From positions 1,924 through 65,923 of the forward strand of contig DATHPO010000090.1 of assembly GCA_035483835.1 (NCBI GenBank): a stretch of 64,000 nt of DNA, read 5' to 3'. Positions 38,110 to 49,657 of the stretch are shown here, piece after piece. Every line of letters begins with the position of its first letter. Position 1 is the stretch's first letter. The position numbers and the translations under genes were made by a program. The notes under the pieces are model-generated. The model had not been told where the DNA came from. It made no database searches and saw only the letters and a list, made by a program, of their open reading frames with translations. The DNA is from Terriglobales bacterium (lineage in GTDB: Bacteria > Acidobacteriota > Terriglobia > Terriglobales > Acidobacteriaceae).

Positions 38110-39387
38110 ATGGTATCCGTAACTTCAGCTCTCCGTGGCGACACCGGTGCCCACAGGAGGATACGGCTGGCAAGTGTCTCCTGGATTCTCGTGGCGGTTT
38201 ATTACTTCTATCAGTACGCGCTTCGCTCAGCGCCGTCCGTCATGATGCCTCAGCTGACGGATGCCTTTGGGCTCAGCGCACTCGGCGTGGCTTCACTCGT
38301 GGGGCTCTTCTACTACGGATATTCCCCGTTCAGTCTCGTGGCGGGCGTCGCCATGGACCGCTTAGGACCGAGCAAGGTCCTTCCGCTGTCCGCCGCTCTG
38401 GTCGGCATTGGGGCTCTGTTATTTGGATCGGGCAACACAGCCGCGGCAAGTGTGGGAAGGCTGTTGCAAGGAGCAGGCGGAGTGTTCGCGCTGGTCGGGG
38501 CGGTCTACATCGCTACGAAGAACTTCCCCGCGTCTCGAGCCGCCACTTTGATTGGTGCAACGCAGATGTTCGGCATGGCCGGCGGATCGGCTGGACAATT
38601 TGCCGTCGGCCCGTTGATCAGCAGCGGCATGTCCTGGAAAGTGTTTTGGATTGGAATGGGCTTGATTGGCTTGGCAATCGGCGCCGTTCTTTTTTTTCTG
38701 TTGCCGGGGGAATCGAAGGCAGAGGAGGGCGTCGGCAGCTTGAAAGCCACGACGCAAGCTCTTCTCATCGTGTTCAAAAATCCGCAATCAATCTTGTGTG
38801 GATTGATCGCGGGGTTTCTCTTCATGCCGACAACCATCTTCGACATGATTTGGGGCGTGCGTTATCTGCAGGAAGCGCACGGGTTCGATTTTGCTTCCGC
38901 AGTCATGCGATCGGCCACCGTTCCACTCGGATGGATTATCGGATGCCCATTGCTGGGATTTATTTCGGACCGGATTGGAAGACGAAAACCAGTAATCATC
39001 GGAGGCGCAGTGGTGCTTCTAGCCTGCTTAGGATGGATCCTCTTCGGCCCGGTCGATATTTTTCCCCCTTATCTACTTGGCCTGGTGGCTGGAGTGGCAT
39101 CGGGCGCTGCAATGCTGCCGTACACGGTGATCAAGGAAGTGAACCCGCCGCAGTTCGGTGGCACGGCAACAGGTGTGATCAACTTTCTCAATTTTACCTT
39201 CAGTGCTTTGTTGGCCCCGGTTTTTGGCGGCCTTCTTCAACGAATATCTGGTGGCGCTCAGCCCAAGCTGGCACATTACCAGGCGGCTTTTCTGCCGCTT
39301 CTGTTTGGCGTTGCGGCCGCGATTGTTTTCTCTTTTTTTCTCAAAGAGACCGGACCTGCGATACGACCCAGCGTGGCAAAGTCATGA
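38110..39387 (+). CDS. MFS transporter (first gene of the fermentation operon)
   Basis: 12-helix MFS pattern. Start chosen at MVSVTSALRG. A 10-nt gap precedes pta. Confidence 0.75.
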   Translation: MVSVTSALRGDTGAHRRIRLASVSWILVAVYYFYQYALRSAPSVMMPQLTDAFGLSALGVASLVGLFYYGYSPFSLVAGVAMDRLGPSKVLPLSAALVGIGALLFGSGNTAAASVGRLLQGAGGVFALVGAVYIATKNFPASRAATLIGATQMFGMAGGSAGQFAVGPLISSGMSWKVFWIGMGLIGLAIGAVLFFLLPGESKAEEGVGSLKATTQALLIVFKNPQSILCGLIAGFLFMPTTIFDMIWGVRYLQEAHGFDFASAVMRSATVPLGWIIGCPLLGFISDRIGRRKPVIIGGAVVLLACLGWILFGPVDIFPPYLLGLVAGVASGAAMLPYTVIKEVNPPQFGGTATGVINFLNFTFSALLAPVFGGLLQRISGGAQPKLAHYQAAFLPLLFGVAAAIVFSFFLKETGPAIRPSVAKS

Positions 39388-39396
39388 GGTGACGCG

Positions 39397-40353
39397 ATGA
39401 GTGTGCAAACGGCAAGCGCAACCCCTTTGGAAACTGGAACGGGAAAATACGAGGAATTGCTGGACCGGTGCAAAAGCCTGGACCCGGTCCCAACGGCAGT
39501 GGCCCACCCTTGTGATGCATCTTCCCTTAGCGGAGCGATCGAAGCAGCGGAACACGGATTGATTGTGCCAATTCTGGTTGGTCCTTTAGACAAAATAATC
39601 GCGATTGCGAAAGCTTCAGGAATCGATCTCAGCAAGGTTCAAATCGTCGATGCTCCTCACAGTCACGCCTCCGCAGCAAAGGCCGTAGAGCTTATTCGCG
39701 AAGGTGCCGCGGAAGTTCTGATGAAAGGGAGCTTGCATACTGACGAACTGATGTCGGCGATTGTTGCCCGCGATGGCGGCTTGCGCACGAGTCGCCGGAT
39801 CAGTCACGCATTCCTCATGGATATTCCCACCTATCACAAGGTTTTAATCGTCACAGACGGCGCGATCAATATTGCCCCTACGTTGGAAGATAAAGTTAAC
39901 ATCTGCCAGAACGCGATTGATCTGGCGATCGTGCTGGGTTGCGAAAAGCCCAAGGTGGCCATCCTGGCGGCAGTCGAAACAGTAACTTCGAAAATGCCCG
40001 CCACGATTGACGCTGCCGCACTTTGCAAGATGGCAGAGCGCGGCCAGATCACTGGAGGCATCCTCGATGGGCCGCTCGCTTTCGATAACGCAATCAGCAA
40101 GCAGGCTGCTATCACGAAAGGTATCCGCTCCGACGTAGCCGGTGATCCAGACATACTCTTGGTGCCCGATCTCGAGGCAGGCAACATTCTGGCGAAGCAA
40201 CTCAGTTTCCTTGCCAAGGCGGATAGCGCGGGCATGGTGCTGGGCGCAAGAGTACCAATCATTCTGACCAGTCGGGCGGATAGTGTGCGGTCCCGAATCG
40301 CCAGTTGCGCGGTCGCCACGTTGGTGGCTCACGCCCGGCGAATAGGAAGGTGA
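39397..40353 (+). CDS. pta: phosphate acetyl/butyryl-transferase (short Pta/Ptb type)
   Basis: 318 aa with a PTA_PTB-like sequence (..VLMKGSLHTDELM..ITDGAINIAP..DLEAGNILAKQ..). Located directly upstream of ackA. Confidence 0.8.
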   Translation: MSVQTASATPLETGTGKYEELLDRCKSLDPVPTAVAHPCDASSLSGAIEAAEHGLIVPILVGPLDKIIAIAKASGIDLSKVQIVDAPHSHASAAKAVELIREGAAEVLMKGSLHTDELMSAIVARDGGLRTSRRISHAFLMDIPTYHKVLIVTDGAINIAPTLEDKVNICQNAIDLAIVLGCEKPKVAILAAVETVTSKMPATIDAAALCKMAERGQITGGILDGPLAFDNAISKQAAITKGIRSDVAGDPDILLVPDLEAGNILAKQLSFLAKADSAGMVLGARVPIILTSRADSVRSRIASCAVATLVAHARRIGR

Positions 40354-40362
40354 GGACAACTC

Positions 40363-41550
40363 GTGACTTCCGACTTTGCTCTCGTGCTCAACGCCGGGTC
40401 ATCCAGTCTGAAGTTTTGCGTGTTCCGACGGCCAGAAACTCGGCAATGGCAACTGGATGCGAAAGGACAGATTGAGGGTATCGGGACGTCGCCACGGTTA
40501 TCGGTAAAAGATGGTGCCGGCGCACGGATCGCGGATGACAGTTTGGACACAACGGTGAGCGATGGTCGCAAGGCCGTCGACGCGTTGGCCGCCTGGCTCC
40601 ACGCCAAATATAGCGGGGGTAAAGTGTTGGGAGTCGGCCACCGCGTCGTTCACGGTGGCTCGCGTTTCGTAAGCCCAACGATCGTGAATCAGGAGACGCT
40701 GGCTCAATTACGTGAACTGATTCCTTTTGCACCCTTACATCAACCCTACAATCTGGCCGCGATCGAGGAAGTCTTTGAACGGCTGCCAGGCGTCCCGCAA
40801 GTTGCTTGCTTCGATACGAGCTTTCATTGCGGCCATTCGGCAGTTGCAGCACTCGTACCTTTGCCTAGAGACCTTTGCCGATCGGGTCTGCAGCGCTATG
40901 GATTTCACGGCTTGTCTTACGAATATATAGCTTCTATCTTGCCGGAAGTGGCGCCGGAGACTGCGCGGGGACGCGTCATCGTTGCCCATCTCGGGAGTGG
41001 CGCCAGTCTCTGCGCATTAAAAGAGGGGAAGAGTGTTGACAACAGTTTGGGCTTCACGGCGCTGGATGGACTTTGCATGGGTACCCGGCCGGGCGCTGTT
41101 GATCCTGGCGTCGTCTTGTATTTGTTTCAGGGCCTGGGACTCTCCGCTAAAGAGGTTGAAACCATCCTCTACAAGAAATCAGGGTTGCTCGGAATTTCCG
41201 GCATCAGCAACGACATGCGTGACCTGGTGGACCGGAAGGAACCGGAAGCGCGATTGGCAGTGGATTATTTCGTGTACCGCGCCGCCAAAGAGATCGGTGC
41301 GCTAGCCGCGGTGCTGGGTGGTGTTGATGGACTGGTGTTTACCGCCGGCATTGGAGAGAACTCGGTAGAAATTCGGCGGCGAATCTGCGAATCGTGTGCT
41401 TGGCTTGGCCTGAAACTCGACGCGGCAGCCAACGCTAGCCGAGGTCCGCGCATTTCCACTTCGCAGAGTAAGGTCTCGACGTGGGTAATCCCCACTAACG
41501 AGGAAATCATGATCGCGCGGCATACCGGAACTTTACTCGGAATCAGATAA
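40363..41550 (+). CDS. ackA: acetate kinase
   Basis: LVLNAGSSSLKF N-terminal signature, HRVVHGG, and length of 395 aa. Confidence 0.9.
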   Translation: MTSDFALVLNAGSSSLKFCVFRRPETRQWQLDAKGQIEGIGTSPRLSVKDGAGARIADDSLDTTVSDGRKAVDALAAWLHAKYSGGKVLGVGHRVVHGGSRFVSPTIVNQETLAQLRELIPFAPLHQPYNLAAIEEVFERLPGVPQVACFDTSFHCGHSAVAALVPLPRDLCRSGLQRYGFHGLSYEYIASILPEVAPETARGRVIVAHLGSGASLCALKEGKSVDNSLGFTALDGLCMGTRPGAVDPGVVLYLFQGLGLSAKEVETILYKKSGLLGISGISNDMRDLVDRKEPEARLAVDYFVYRAAKEIGALAAVLGGVDGLVFTAGIGENSVEIRRRICESCAWLGLKLDAAANASRGPRISTSQSKVSTWVIPTNEEIMIARHTGTLLGIR

Positions 41551-41583
41551 GCCTGCACCGTTGAGCACCAAAGGAGGATCGCC

Positions 41584-43854
41584 ATGGCTGCTACCGCATC
41601 GGAGAATATGGTCCAAGTGAACACGACTTCTGCGTGGGCGGGATTTACGTCGGGACTTTGGCACAAAGAAATCAACGTTCGTGATTTCATCCAGCAAAAC
41701 TATGAGCCATACGAGGGCGACGGCTCCTTCCTGGCACATGCAACAGAGCGCACAAAAAAACTGTGGGCGGGGTTAAACGAACTCTTTGTGGAGGAGCGCA
41801 AGAAAGGCGTGCTCGACATCTCTCAAGTTCCCAGTTCGATCACGTCGCATGCGCCGGGTTACATCGATCGCGAGAATGAAATCGTTGTTGGCCTTCAGAC
41901 TGAGGCGCCTTTGAAGCGCGCCATTATGCCGAACGGCGGTTTTCGAATGGTTCTCAGCGCCCTGAAGGCATATGGGTACGATCCGGACCCGCAGGTTGTC
42001 GAGACTTTCACGAAGTATCGAAAGACGCACAATCAGGCCGTATTCGATGCCTACACCGCGGACGTGAGGCGATGCCGCAGCTCTCACATCCTGACCGGTC
42101 TTCCCGACTCCTACGGACGCGGCCGCATTATCGGCGACTACCGCCGGGTTGCACTATATGGGGTCTCCCGGCTCATCGAGCAAAAGCAGGTAGAGAAGCG
42201 CCGCCTTGATGCGGCAATGTCGACTGAAGATATTATTCGTGACCGTGAAGAGCTGAGTGAACAGATTCGCTCTCTCCAGGAGCTGCAGCTGATGGCCTCT
42301 ACTTACGGGTTCGACATCTCGGGCCCGGCTCGTGATGCGCGGGAGGCTGTGCAGTGGCTTTATCTCGCCTACCTGGGGGCGGTTAAAGAACAAAACGGTG
42401 CTGCGATGTCCCTCGGGCGGACGTCGACATTTCTTGATATTTACTTCGCACGTGATCTTAAGGCTGGAGCGATTACCGAGCAACAGGCGCAAGAGACCAT
42501 CGATGATTTCGTCATCAAGCTGAGGATCGTTCGATTCTTGCGAACACCGGAATACGACGAGCTCTTCGCTGGTGATCCCACCTGGATTACTGAATCGATT
42601 GCCGGGGTTGGAGACGACGGGCGGCCTCTGGTAACGAAGACGAGCTTTCGGTTTCTTCAAACCCTCTACAACCTTGGTCCTGCGCCGGAACCGAATCTAA
42701 CGATCTGGTATTCGCCCCGGCTGCCCGACGGATTTCGCGATTTTGCTACGAAGGTTGCGATCGACACGAGTTCCATTCAATTTGAAAGCGACGAAATCAT
42801 GCGGAGTGCGTTGGGAGATGACGGAGCCATTGCGTGTTGCGTATCGCCGATGCTCTTAGGCAAACAGATGCAGTTCTTTGGAGCACGCGCCAATCTCGCT
42901 AAGTGCCTCCTCTATGCCATCAACGGCGGTCGCGACGAGATCACCGGAGACCAGGTAGGCCCGACAGGTGCCGTCAAAGATGAATACCTGGATTTCAACG
43001 AGGTGATCGACAAGTTCGAAAAAATGATGGAGTGGCTCGCAGGCGTCTATGTCAACGCCATGAACATCATTCACTATATGCACGACAAGTACGCTTACGA
43101 GCGTCTTGAGATGGCACTACACGACTACGCGCCTTTAAGGACGATGGCTTTTGGCATGGCGGGGATGTCCGTAGTTGCCGACAGCCTATCAGCAATACGC
43201 TACGCGAAAGTTCGGGCGATACGCGATGACACCGGGCTTGTGATCGATTATCAGACCGAAGGCGATTTCCCACGGTTTGGCAACAACGATAATCGGGTTG
43301 ACCACCTCGCCTCCTGGGTCGTCAGCACGTTCATGGGCAAGCTGAGAAAATATCCTACTTATCGCAAAGCGGTTCACACCCAATCGATTCTGACAATCAC
43401 TTCGAACGTGGTCTACGGCAAGAGCACCGGCAACACTCCCGACGGAAGGCGTCGCGGGGAGCCATTTGCTCCTGGCGCCAACCCAATGCACGGCCGCGAC
43501 ACGCACGGTATCCATGCCTCGGCTGCTTCCGTCGCCAAGATTCCGTATCGCGATGCGGCCGACGGCATTTCGCTGACGGCCACGTTTCTTCCTGAAGGCC
43601 TTGGAAGAGTCGCAGAAGATCGCATCAAAAACCTGCGAAGTATGCTTGACGCATTCTTCAGTGTCACCGGTTATCACATGAATGTAAATGTGCTAAATCG
43701 CGAAACGCTTCTGGATGCGATGGACCATCCGGAAAAATACCCCCACCTGACGATTCGTGTCTCCGGGTATGCAGTCAACTTCGTGCGGCTGACTCGCGAG
43801 CAGCAGATGGATGTGATCAACCGCACGTTCCACGGAGAGCAGGTAACGCTGTGA
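41584..43854 (+). CDS. pflB: formate C-acetyltransferase (pyruvate formate-lyase)
   Basis: 756 aa, active-site CC (GAIACCVSP), C-terminal glycyl-radical motif RVSGYAVNF. Confidence 0.95.
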   Translation: MAATASENMVQVNTTSAWAGFTSGLWHKEINVRDFIQQNYEPYEGDGSFLAHATERTKKLWAGLNELFVEERKKGVLDISQVPSSITSHAPGYIDRENEIVVGLQTEAPLKRAIMPNGGFRMVLSALKAYGYDPDPQVVETFTKYRKTHNQAVFDAYTADVRRCRSSHILTGLPDSYGRGRIIGDYRRVALYGVSRLIEQKQVEKRRLDAAMSTEDIIRDREELSEQIRSLQELQLMASTYGFDISGPARDAREAVQWLYLAYLGAVKEQNGAAMSLGRTSTFLDIYFARDLKAGAITEQQAQETIDDFVIKLRIVRFLRTPEYDELFAGDPTWITESIAGVGDDGRPLVTKTSFRFLQTLYNLGPAPEPNLTIWYSPRLPDGFRDFATKVAIDTSSIQFESDEIMRSALGDDGAIACCVSPMLLGKQMQFFGARANLAKCLLYAINGGRDEITGDQVGPTGAVKDEYLDFNEVIDKFEKMMEWLAGVYVNAMNIIHYMHDKYAYERLEMALHDYAPLRTMAFGMAGMSVVADSLSAIRYAKVRAIRDDTGLVIDYQTEGDFPRFGNNDNRVDHLASWVVSTFMGKLRKYPTYRKAVHTQSILTITSNVVYGKSTGNTPDGRRRGEPFAPGANPMHGRDTHGIHASAASVAKIPYRDAADGISLTATFLPEGLGRVAEDRIKNLRSMLDAFFSVTGYHMNVNVLNRETLLDAMDHPEKYPHLTIRVSGYAVNFVRLTREQQMDVINRTFHGEQVTL

Positions 43855-44690
43855 ATCAAACACAACACGCCATTCCGTTGGAGGCGAAAAGCCCTTTTGA
43901 ACTACGCGTCAATTTGAGCGCGGGCATGCCGGAAACGGATGTGCGGACTGCCCTGGCCACGGGAGAAATGGGATTCCTTCACTCCTTTACTACTGGCTCG
44001 ACGGTCGATGGACCAGGAGTGCGTGTGGTTGGTTGGACGACCGGCTGCCAGTTCCGATGCCTCTATTGTCATAACCCCGACACTTGGAATATGAGCAACG
44101 GCATCCCCGTAACTTTAGCTCGCGCAACCGAGGAGCTGCGGAAGTATCGTCAAGGGTTGAAAGTCATGTCGGGTGGCTTCACGTTGAGTGGCGGAGAACC
44201 ACTCCTACAGGATCGGTTTGTCGTCAAACTGCTAGCCACCGCGAAAAAGATGGGTATCCATACCGCGCTAGATACCAACGGTGCTCTTGGGGCGCGGCTT
44301 TCTGATGCGGACTTGGAGCACGTTGATCTCGTGCTGCTCGATCTCAAAAGCTGGGAGCCAGAACTTCACCGCAGGCTTACTGGCATGGAGGTTGGCCCCG
44401 TCCTGGATTTCGCCCGCCGATTGGCGGCTGACAGAATACCAATCTGGATACGCTTCGTACTCGTTCCTGGATTTACGGATGGAAGTGAGAACATTGCCCA
44501 GATTGCAAGGTTTTCCGCCGACCTGGGAAACGTGCAACGAGTCGACGTTCTGCCCTTCCATCAAATGGGCCGATTCAAATGGAAGGAGCTTAAACTCGAC
44601 TACACCCTTGAAGATGTCCAACCTCCGGGTACCCAAGCGGTCGAACAAGCCTGCGCGCAGTTTCGTGCGGTTGGGCTTAAGGCGTTCTGA
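43851..44690 (+). CDS. pflA: pyruvate formate-lyase activating enzyme (radical SAM)
   Basis: [12 protein letters not shown] CxxxCxxC cluster. 4-nt overlap with pflB. Confidence 0.9.
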   Translation: MNQTQHAIPLEAKSPFELRVNLSAGMPETDVRTALATGEMGFLHSFTTGSTVDGPGVRVVGWTTGCQFRCLYCHNPDTWNMSNGIPVTLARATEELRKYRQGLKVMSGGFTLSGGEPLLQDRFVVKLLATAKKMGIHTALDTNGALGARLSDADLEHVDLVLLDLKSWEPELHRRLTGMEVGPVLDFARRLAADRIPIWIRFVLVPGFTDGSENIAQIARFSADLGNVQRVDVLPFHQMGRFKWKELKLDYTLEDVQPPGTQAVEQACAQFRAVGLKAF

Positions 44691-44797
44691 CCAACGCCGC
44701 AGGGAGTCCTCAATCTCTCGCAGATATGAGTGTCGTCGCCGTACCTATCCGCAACCGTTCGCGGGCACACGCGCCATGACTACGGGCCTTCCTAGCT

Positions 44798-45616
44798 TTA
44801 CGAAGATCGGTACTTCTCGGGAACGAAGTGTTTACCCTTCAGGGGTGCCTGATCATCGTATTGACCATGCTTCTTTCGTGGTGGCAGTTTAACCTTCTCT
44901 TGCGGAACTTTTCGGTAAGGGATCAGGCTCAAGAAGTGCGAAATGCAGTTGAGCCTCGCGGTCTTCTTATCGTCAGAGCGCACGATAAACCAGGGAGCGT
45001 ACTTGGTGTCGGTCGCCTTCATCATCAGGTCTCGCGCTCTGGAGTATTCGTACCAGCGGTCGTAAGATTCCAAGTCCATCGGGCTCAGCTTCCACTGTCG
45101 GACAGGGTCTTTAATGCGTGACTCGAAACGTCGTTCTTGCTCTTTCTGGCCCACTTCCAACCAGTACTTGATGAGAATTGTGCCACCATCCACAATGTAC
45201 TTTTCCATTAACGGGCAAAGCTCGAGGAAACGGCGATGCTCTTCCTTGCTGCAGAAACCCATCACATATTCCACTCCTGCCCGGTTGTACCAGCTGCGAT
45301 CGAAAATCACGGTCTCACCGGCTGCGGGAAAAGTTTGAATGTAACGCTGAATGTACATCTGAGTTTTTTCCCGGTCGGAAGGAGCGGGCAAAGCCACAAC
45401 ACGGAAGACACGTGGGCTCACGCGTTCCGTAAGTGCACGGATGGTACCGCCCTTGCCAGCGGCGTCGCGCCCTTCGAAAACGACAATGATGCGCAAGCCC
45501 CGGTATTTCACCCAAGCCTGAAGTTTGCACAATTCTGCCTGAAGTCGACGAAGTTCCGCTTCGTACTGCTTGCGACCCAGCCCCTTCTTCTGGTCTTTGC
45601 CATGTTTCTTGGCCAT
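44798..45616 (-). CDS. ppk2: polyphosphate kinase 2
   Basis: FEGRDAAGKGG Walker A-like motif and DRSWYNR lid motif. Start chosen at MAKKHGK after GGAGGAG. Confidence 0.9.
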   Translation of the reverse strand: MAKKHGKDQKKGLGRKQYEAELRRLQAELCKLQAWVKYRGLRIIVVFEGRDAAGKGGTIRALTERVSPRVFRVVALPAPSDREKTQMYIQRYIQTFPAAGETVIFDRSWYNRAGVEYVMGFCSKEEHRRFLELCPLMEKYIVDGGTILIKYWLEVGQKEQERRFESRIKDPVRQWKLSPMDLESYDRWYEYSRARDLMMKATDTKYAPWFIVRSDDKKTARLNCISHFLSLIPYRKVPQEKVKLPPRKKHGQYDDQAPLKGKHFVPEKYRSS

Positions 45617-45636
45617 TAAAAGTCGCTCCTCCATCT

Positions 45637-45681
45637 ATCTTTGCTCTTCGCTTTCGCTTCCTCAACTGGGGAAATCCCTAG
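45637..45681 (-). promoter_or_regulatory. palindrome motif CTAGGGATTTCCCCAG + TTGAGG-N17-AAAGAT, upstream of ppk2
   Basis: The motif is clear. The -10 is weak, and the predicted TSS would fall on the RBS, so promoter geometry is uncertain here. Confidence 0.35.
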
Positions 45682-45737
45682 TGTTACGGCGATCTCAAAC
45701 TCTAACCGTCGCTGACGACGCCCGCGACTCGGTACTT

Positions 45738-46925
45738 TCAAAATACGACCTTGATGATACGCATGATGAGTTCTTCCGGAGAGAAAATCGTGAGCAGGAG
45801 AGGCAAGAGCGGGGCCGCGGTAGCGGCGGCCAATCGGGCGATGTCCTCGAGTCCGAAGGGGACCGGGCGCATCTCGCGCACCATGGCGTAGCTGTTGCCA
45901 AGATCAGCGAGCGACTGGATATCGCCAGATCCGAGGAGTTCGTCAGAAGGGGCAGGATCGCGCACGACCCATTTCTGTTCGAAGGTCTCGACATAGCGCT
46001 GAGCGAGCAGGCCGTAGCCGGCCAGTCCCTTTCTTTTTGTGCGAGCCATTCGCGGAGTGAACATCAAGAGCGGGCCGAGAAGGGCGAGGACAAAAAAGGC
46101 TATAAAGCCTCCGGCCTGTAACTTGAAGGACAGCAGGCTCTCCCCTCGGTAAAGGACTCGACTGGCAACCAAGCCGGCGAGCATGGCACCTTGAGCAAAA
46201 AGTATCGGGCCGAAGGCGTAGGCACTTTTGCCCAGGAAGGCGAGACCGGCGCAGCGATCTGGATGAGTCGAAATGAGGTTCAGATTGATTCTGGAGACCC
46301 GCCACAGAAAACGAAACCAAATGAAAAGCCTCATGTACCAGCGCAGAAGGATGAACTGCAGGATGGGGATGCTGACGAAGACATACCAAAAACCAGCAGG
46401 TGTAAGGTGCCAGCGCCCGCCGGGATTGGCATACCAGGTTGAAACCTCGACCGGGATCCGAATGTGCCACAGCCACAGGCCAATCGTGTAAACAAGAATC
46501 AAAAGCCCGATCTCCGCGAGGACGGAATTTCGCAACCTCATGGCTGCGCGGATAGCATTGTCAAAGCGGCTCCGGTCTTGGGGCAAAACTATTCGCCGCT
46601 CGACGAAGGTGCGCACAACGGGGCGCGTTCGGGCATGAACCAGCAGTTCAGCGGCGATGAGGACGGGAAGTGCTATGAGAAATCGGACATGTACTTCAAC
46701 GTCGTGAAGGAAGGAGAGCCGACGGGCGCTTCCCGCCGAGAAACCTTGGGCGGTGGTGAGGAGCAACAATGGCAACCATGCGACCGCGGTAATAATAAGC
46801 AGCCGGCGATGCAAGAGTTCTAAGCCATCTCCAGTGAGATGGGATTTCCGAAAGAGCTGAAAGATCGGCCCGCCCAGCACCAAGGAAAAATCGAGCGGTT
46901 CCTCGAGGATATCGGGTTGCGTCAT
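45738..46925 (-). CDS. polytopic membrane protein of unknown function
   Basis: Start chosen at MTQPDILEEP. About eight hydrophobic helices and no motif I recognise. Confidence 0.5.
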   Translation of the reverse strand: MTQPDILEEPLDFSLVLGGPIFQLFRKSHLTGDGLELLHRRLLIITAVAWLPLLLLTTAQGFSAGSARRLSFLHDVEVHVRFLIALPVLIAAELLVHARTRPVVRTFVERRIVLPQDRSRFDNAIRAAMRLRNSVLAEIGLLILVYTIGLWLWHIRIPVEVSTWYANPGGRWHLTPAGFWYVFVSIPILQFILLRWYMRLFIWFRFLWRVSRINLNLISTHPDRCAGLAFLGKSAYAFGPILFAQGAMLAGLVASRVLYRGESLLSFKLQAGGFIAFFVLALLGPLLMFTPRMARTKRKGLAGYGLLAQRYVETFEQKWVVRDPAPSDELLGSGDIQSLADLGNSYAMVREMRPVPFGLEDIARLAAATAAPLLPLLLTIFSPEELIMRIIKVVF

Positions 46926-46974
46926 TGTGGCTAGGTTTTGCTCCGCGGATTTTCTCCGGTCGTTACCTGAAACA

Positions 46975-47019
46975 ACCCTAGGTCTGGCTCGATGTCTGAG
47001 CAACTAGGACAAAGTACGG
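46975..47019 (-). promoter_or_regulatory. right-half motif copy (..TTTGTCCTAG) + TTGCTC-N17-TAGGGT
   Basis: Only the promoter-proximal half is retained. Located about 50 nt upstream of the ATG at 46925. Confidence 0.35.
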
Positions 47020-47124
47020 CTGAAAATTGATTAAGGGAGTGGAGCATTCGCACACCACCCCAGAACTCAACTAGCTCTTCCGGAACGCGCGCGTCCTCAG
47101 AGCAGGTGCCCTACGTCCCAGCCG

Positions 47125-49563
47125 CTAATACGGCCACACCCATGCCGCCACATCCGGCTTGTCGATACCGTGCTCATGCGCGTAGTTGCGGCACTCGATC
47201 TGCTGATTGAGGAATCGCTCTTTCGAGTGCGCGCCGATTCCCTGCAGCCGCGGCACGCGGTCGATTACGTCCATCGCAAGGCTGAAGCGGTCGATGTTGT
47301 TGTTGATTGCCAGCTCTAGGGGTGTGTTTATATTGCCTTTCTCTTTGTAACCACGGACGTGCAGATTGGCGTGATTGTGCCGCCGGTACGCCAGACGGTG
47401 AATCAGCGAGGGATACCCGTGGAAGTTAAAGATGATTGGCCTATCCTTCGTAAACAGGGAGTCGAAATCCTTGTCGGTTAGCCCGTGCGGATGTTCGCTG
47501 TTGGGCTGGAGCTTGAACAGGTCGATCACATTGACAAACCGAATTTTGATATCCGGGAATTCCTGCCGCAGCATTGCTGTTGCCGCGAGGGCCTCCTGCG
47601 TGGGGATGTCGCCCGCGGAGGCCACTACTACGTCGGGCTCTGCTCCTTGATCGTTGCTTGCCTTTTCCCATATTCCAATGCCTTTGCTGCAGTGCGTGAT
47701 AGCTTCCTCCATCGTCATGTATTGCAGGTGCATCTGCTTGTCGCACACGATCACGTTGATATAGTTCTGACTCCGCAGACAGTGATCGACGACAGACAAC
47801 AGCGAGTTCACGTCTGGCGGCAGATAAATGCGCGTCACGTTGGCGCTCTTGTTCACCACTACATCAAGGAATCCTGGGTCCTGGTGCGTAAAGCCGTTAT
47901 GGTCCTGCCGCCACACTGTTGAAGTGATCAGCAAATTCAGGGAGGCAATCGACTCCCGCCACGACAGATGGTTGCAAATGTCGAGCCACTTTGCATGCTG
48001 GTTGAACATCGAGTCGATCACGTGCACAAAGGATTCATAGGTTGAGAAGAATCCGTGCCGCCCGGTCAGCAAATATCCCTCGAGCATACCCTCCATCGTG
48101 TGCTCACTCAGCATTTCCATGACGCGCCCGTCGGTCGAGAGCTCGCCGCCATCGAGATCCTCCGGAAAAGACTCCTCAATCCAGAACTTTTTGCTCACCG
48201 CGTAAATCGCATCGAGCTTGTTCGATGTGTTCTCGTCCGGGCCGAAGACGCGGAAGTTGCTCATATTCAGGTTCATGACGTCCCGCAGAAAATTGCCCGA
48301 GGGACGCGTGTTTTCGGCTTGAAGTTGGCCGGGCTTGTCGAACCTTACGCCATACTCGCGAAAATCTGGTAGCCGAAGGTCCTTCTTCAATCTTCCGCCG
48401 TTAGCATGCGGATTGGCGCTCATGCGCCTGTGAGCGATCGGCGCAAGCCCGCGGAATTCTGCCACAAATTTGCCCTGGGCATCGAACAGCTCTTCCGGAT
48501 GCAGCGACCGCATCCAGCCTTCCAGAATCCGCAACTGGTCTGGATCCTTCTTTACACTGGACAATGGCACCTGGTGTGCGCGCCAGGACCCCTCCAACCT
48601 GTGCCCGTCCACTTCCACTGGAGCCGTCCATCCTTTGGGCGAACGAAGGACGACCATCGGCCACCGCGGACGACAGACTTCCGTCTTCGCATGGGCTTCC
48701 TGCTTGTGACTCCTGATCTCCAGTACGCAGTGCTCCATCGTGGCCGCCATCGCCTGATGCATGCTGTCATGGTCCGAGCCTTCCACGAAGTAAGGTTCCC
48801 AGCCGTAGCCCCGCAGCAAGCTCTCCAGTTCCTCGTGCGAGATGCGTGCCAGTAGAGTCGGGTTGTTGATCTTGTAGCCATTCAAGTGAAGGATGGGTAA
48901 TACGGCGCCGTCGCGGCCTGGATTGAGAAACTTGTTGACGTGCCATGACGTCGCCAGCGGACCGGTCTCCGATTCACCATCGCCGACGACTGCTGCCACA
49001 ATCAATTCGGGATTGTCGAAAGCCGCACCGCACGCGTGGGATAGCACATAACCAAGCTCTCCCCCTTCATGGATCGACCCTGGCGTCTCCGGCGTGCAAT
49101 GACTGCCGATGCCGCCTGGAAAGGAGAACTGCTTGAAGAACTCACGCAACCCTTCAAGGTCCTCGCTCTTGGCGGGATACAATTCCGAATAGGTCCCCTC
49201 CAAATATGCGGGGCCTAATACCCCCGGAGCCCCGTGTCCGGGACCGGCCAGAAAGATCATGTCCAGGTCGTATTTCTTGATCAGCCGGTTCAAGTGCACA
49301 TATACAAAGGACAGGCCCGGACTCGATCCCCAATGGCCGAGCAACCGGTTCTTGATATGCTCCGGCCGCAGTGGTTCCATCAGCAGCGGATTGTCCATCA
49401 GATAGATCATTCCCAAGCTAAGGAAATTGCACGCCCGCCAGTACGCGTGAGTTTTGCGTAACTCGGCTGGATCCAACGGCGCTCCGGTTATAGTCGATCG
49501 AGCCTTTCCGTACGCGCTGAGAGAAAGTAAGTCGGCAACAAGTGGGGAAGCGACGGTACCCAT
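47125..49563 (-). CDS. xfp: phosphoketolase (xylulose-5-P/fructose-6-P)
   Basis: 812 aa with N-terminal [25 protein letters not shown] and EGGELGY signatures. Confidence 0.95.
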   Translation of the reverse strand: MGTVASPLVADLLSLSAYGKARSTITGAPLDPAELRKTHAYWRACNFLSLGMIYLMDNPLLMEPLRPEHIKNRLLGHWGSSPGLSFVYVHLNRLIKKYDLDMIFLAGPGHGAPGVLGPAYLEGTYSELYPAKSEDLEGLREFFKQFSFPGGIGSHCTPETPGSIHEGGELGYVLSHACGAAFDNPELIVAAVVGDGESETGPLATSWHVNKFLNPGRDGAVLPILHLNGYKINNPTLLARISHEELESLLRGYGWEPYFVEGSDHDSMHQAMAATMEHCVLEIRSHKQEAHAKTEVCRPRWPMVVLRSPKGWTAPVEVDGHRLEGSWRAHQVPLSSVKKDPDQLRILEGWMRSLHPEELFDAQGKFVAEFRGLAPIAHRRMSANPHANGGRLKKDLRLPDFREYGVRFDKPGQLQAENTRPSGNFLRDVMNLNMSNFRVFGPDENTSNKLDAIYAVSKKFWIEESFPEDLDGGELSTDGRVMEMLSEHTMEGMLEGYLLTGRHGFFSTYESFVHVIDSMFNQHAKWLDICNHLSWRESIASLNLLITSTVWRQDHNGFTHQDPGFLDVVVNKSANVTRIYLPPDVNSLLSVVDHCLRSQNYINVIVCDKQMHLQYMTMEEAITHCSKGIGIWEKASNDQGAEPDVVVASAGDIPTQEALAATAMLRQEFPDIKIRFVNVIDLFKLQPNSEHPHGLTDKDFDSLFTKDRPIIFNFHGYPSLIHRLAYRRHNHANLHVRGYKEKGNINTPLELAINNNIDRFSLAMDVIDRVPRLQGIGAHSKERFLNQQIECRNYAHEHGIDKPDVAAWVWPY

Positions 49564-49657
49564 AAACTCATCTCCTCTGTTGTCCGGGATAGCGGCTGTG
49601 CCGCCAAACCTCGGACTTGGCTGTGTGCACGATCAACTCTTTATCGAAAGCTATCCG

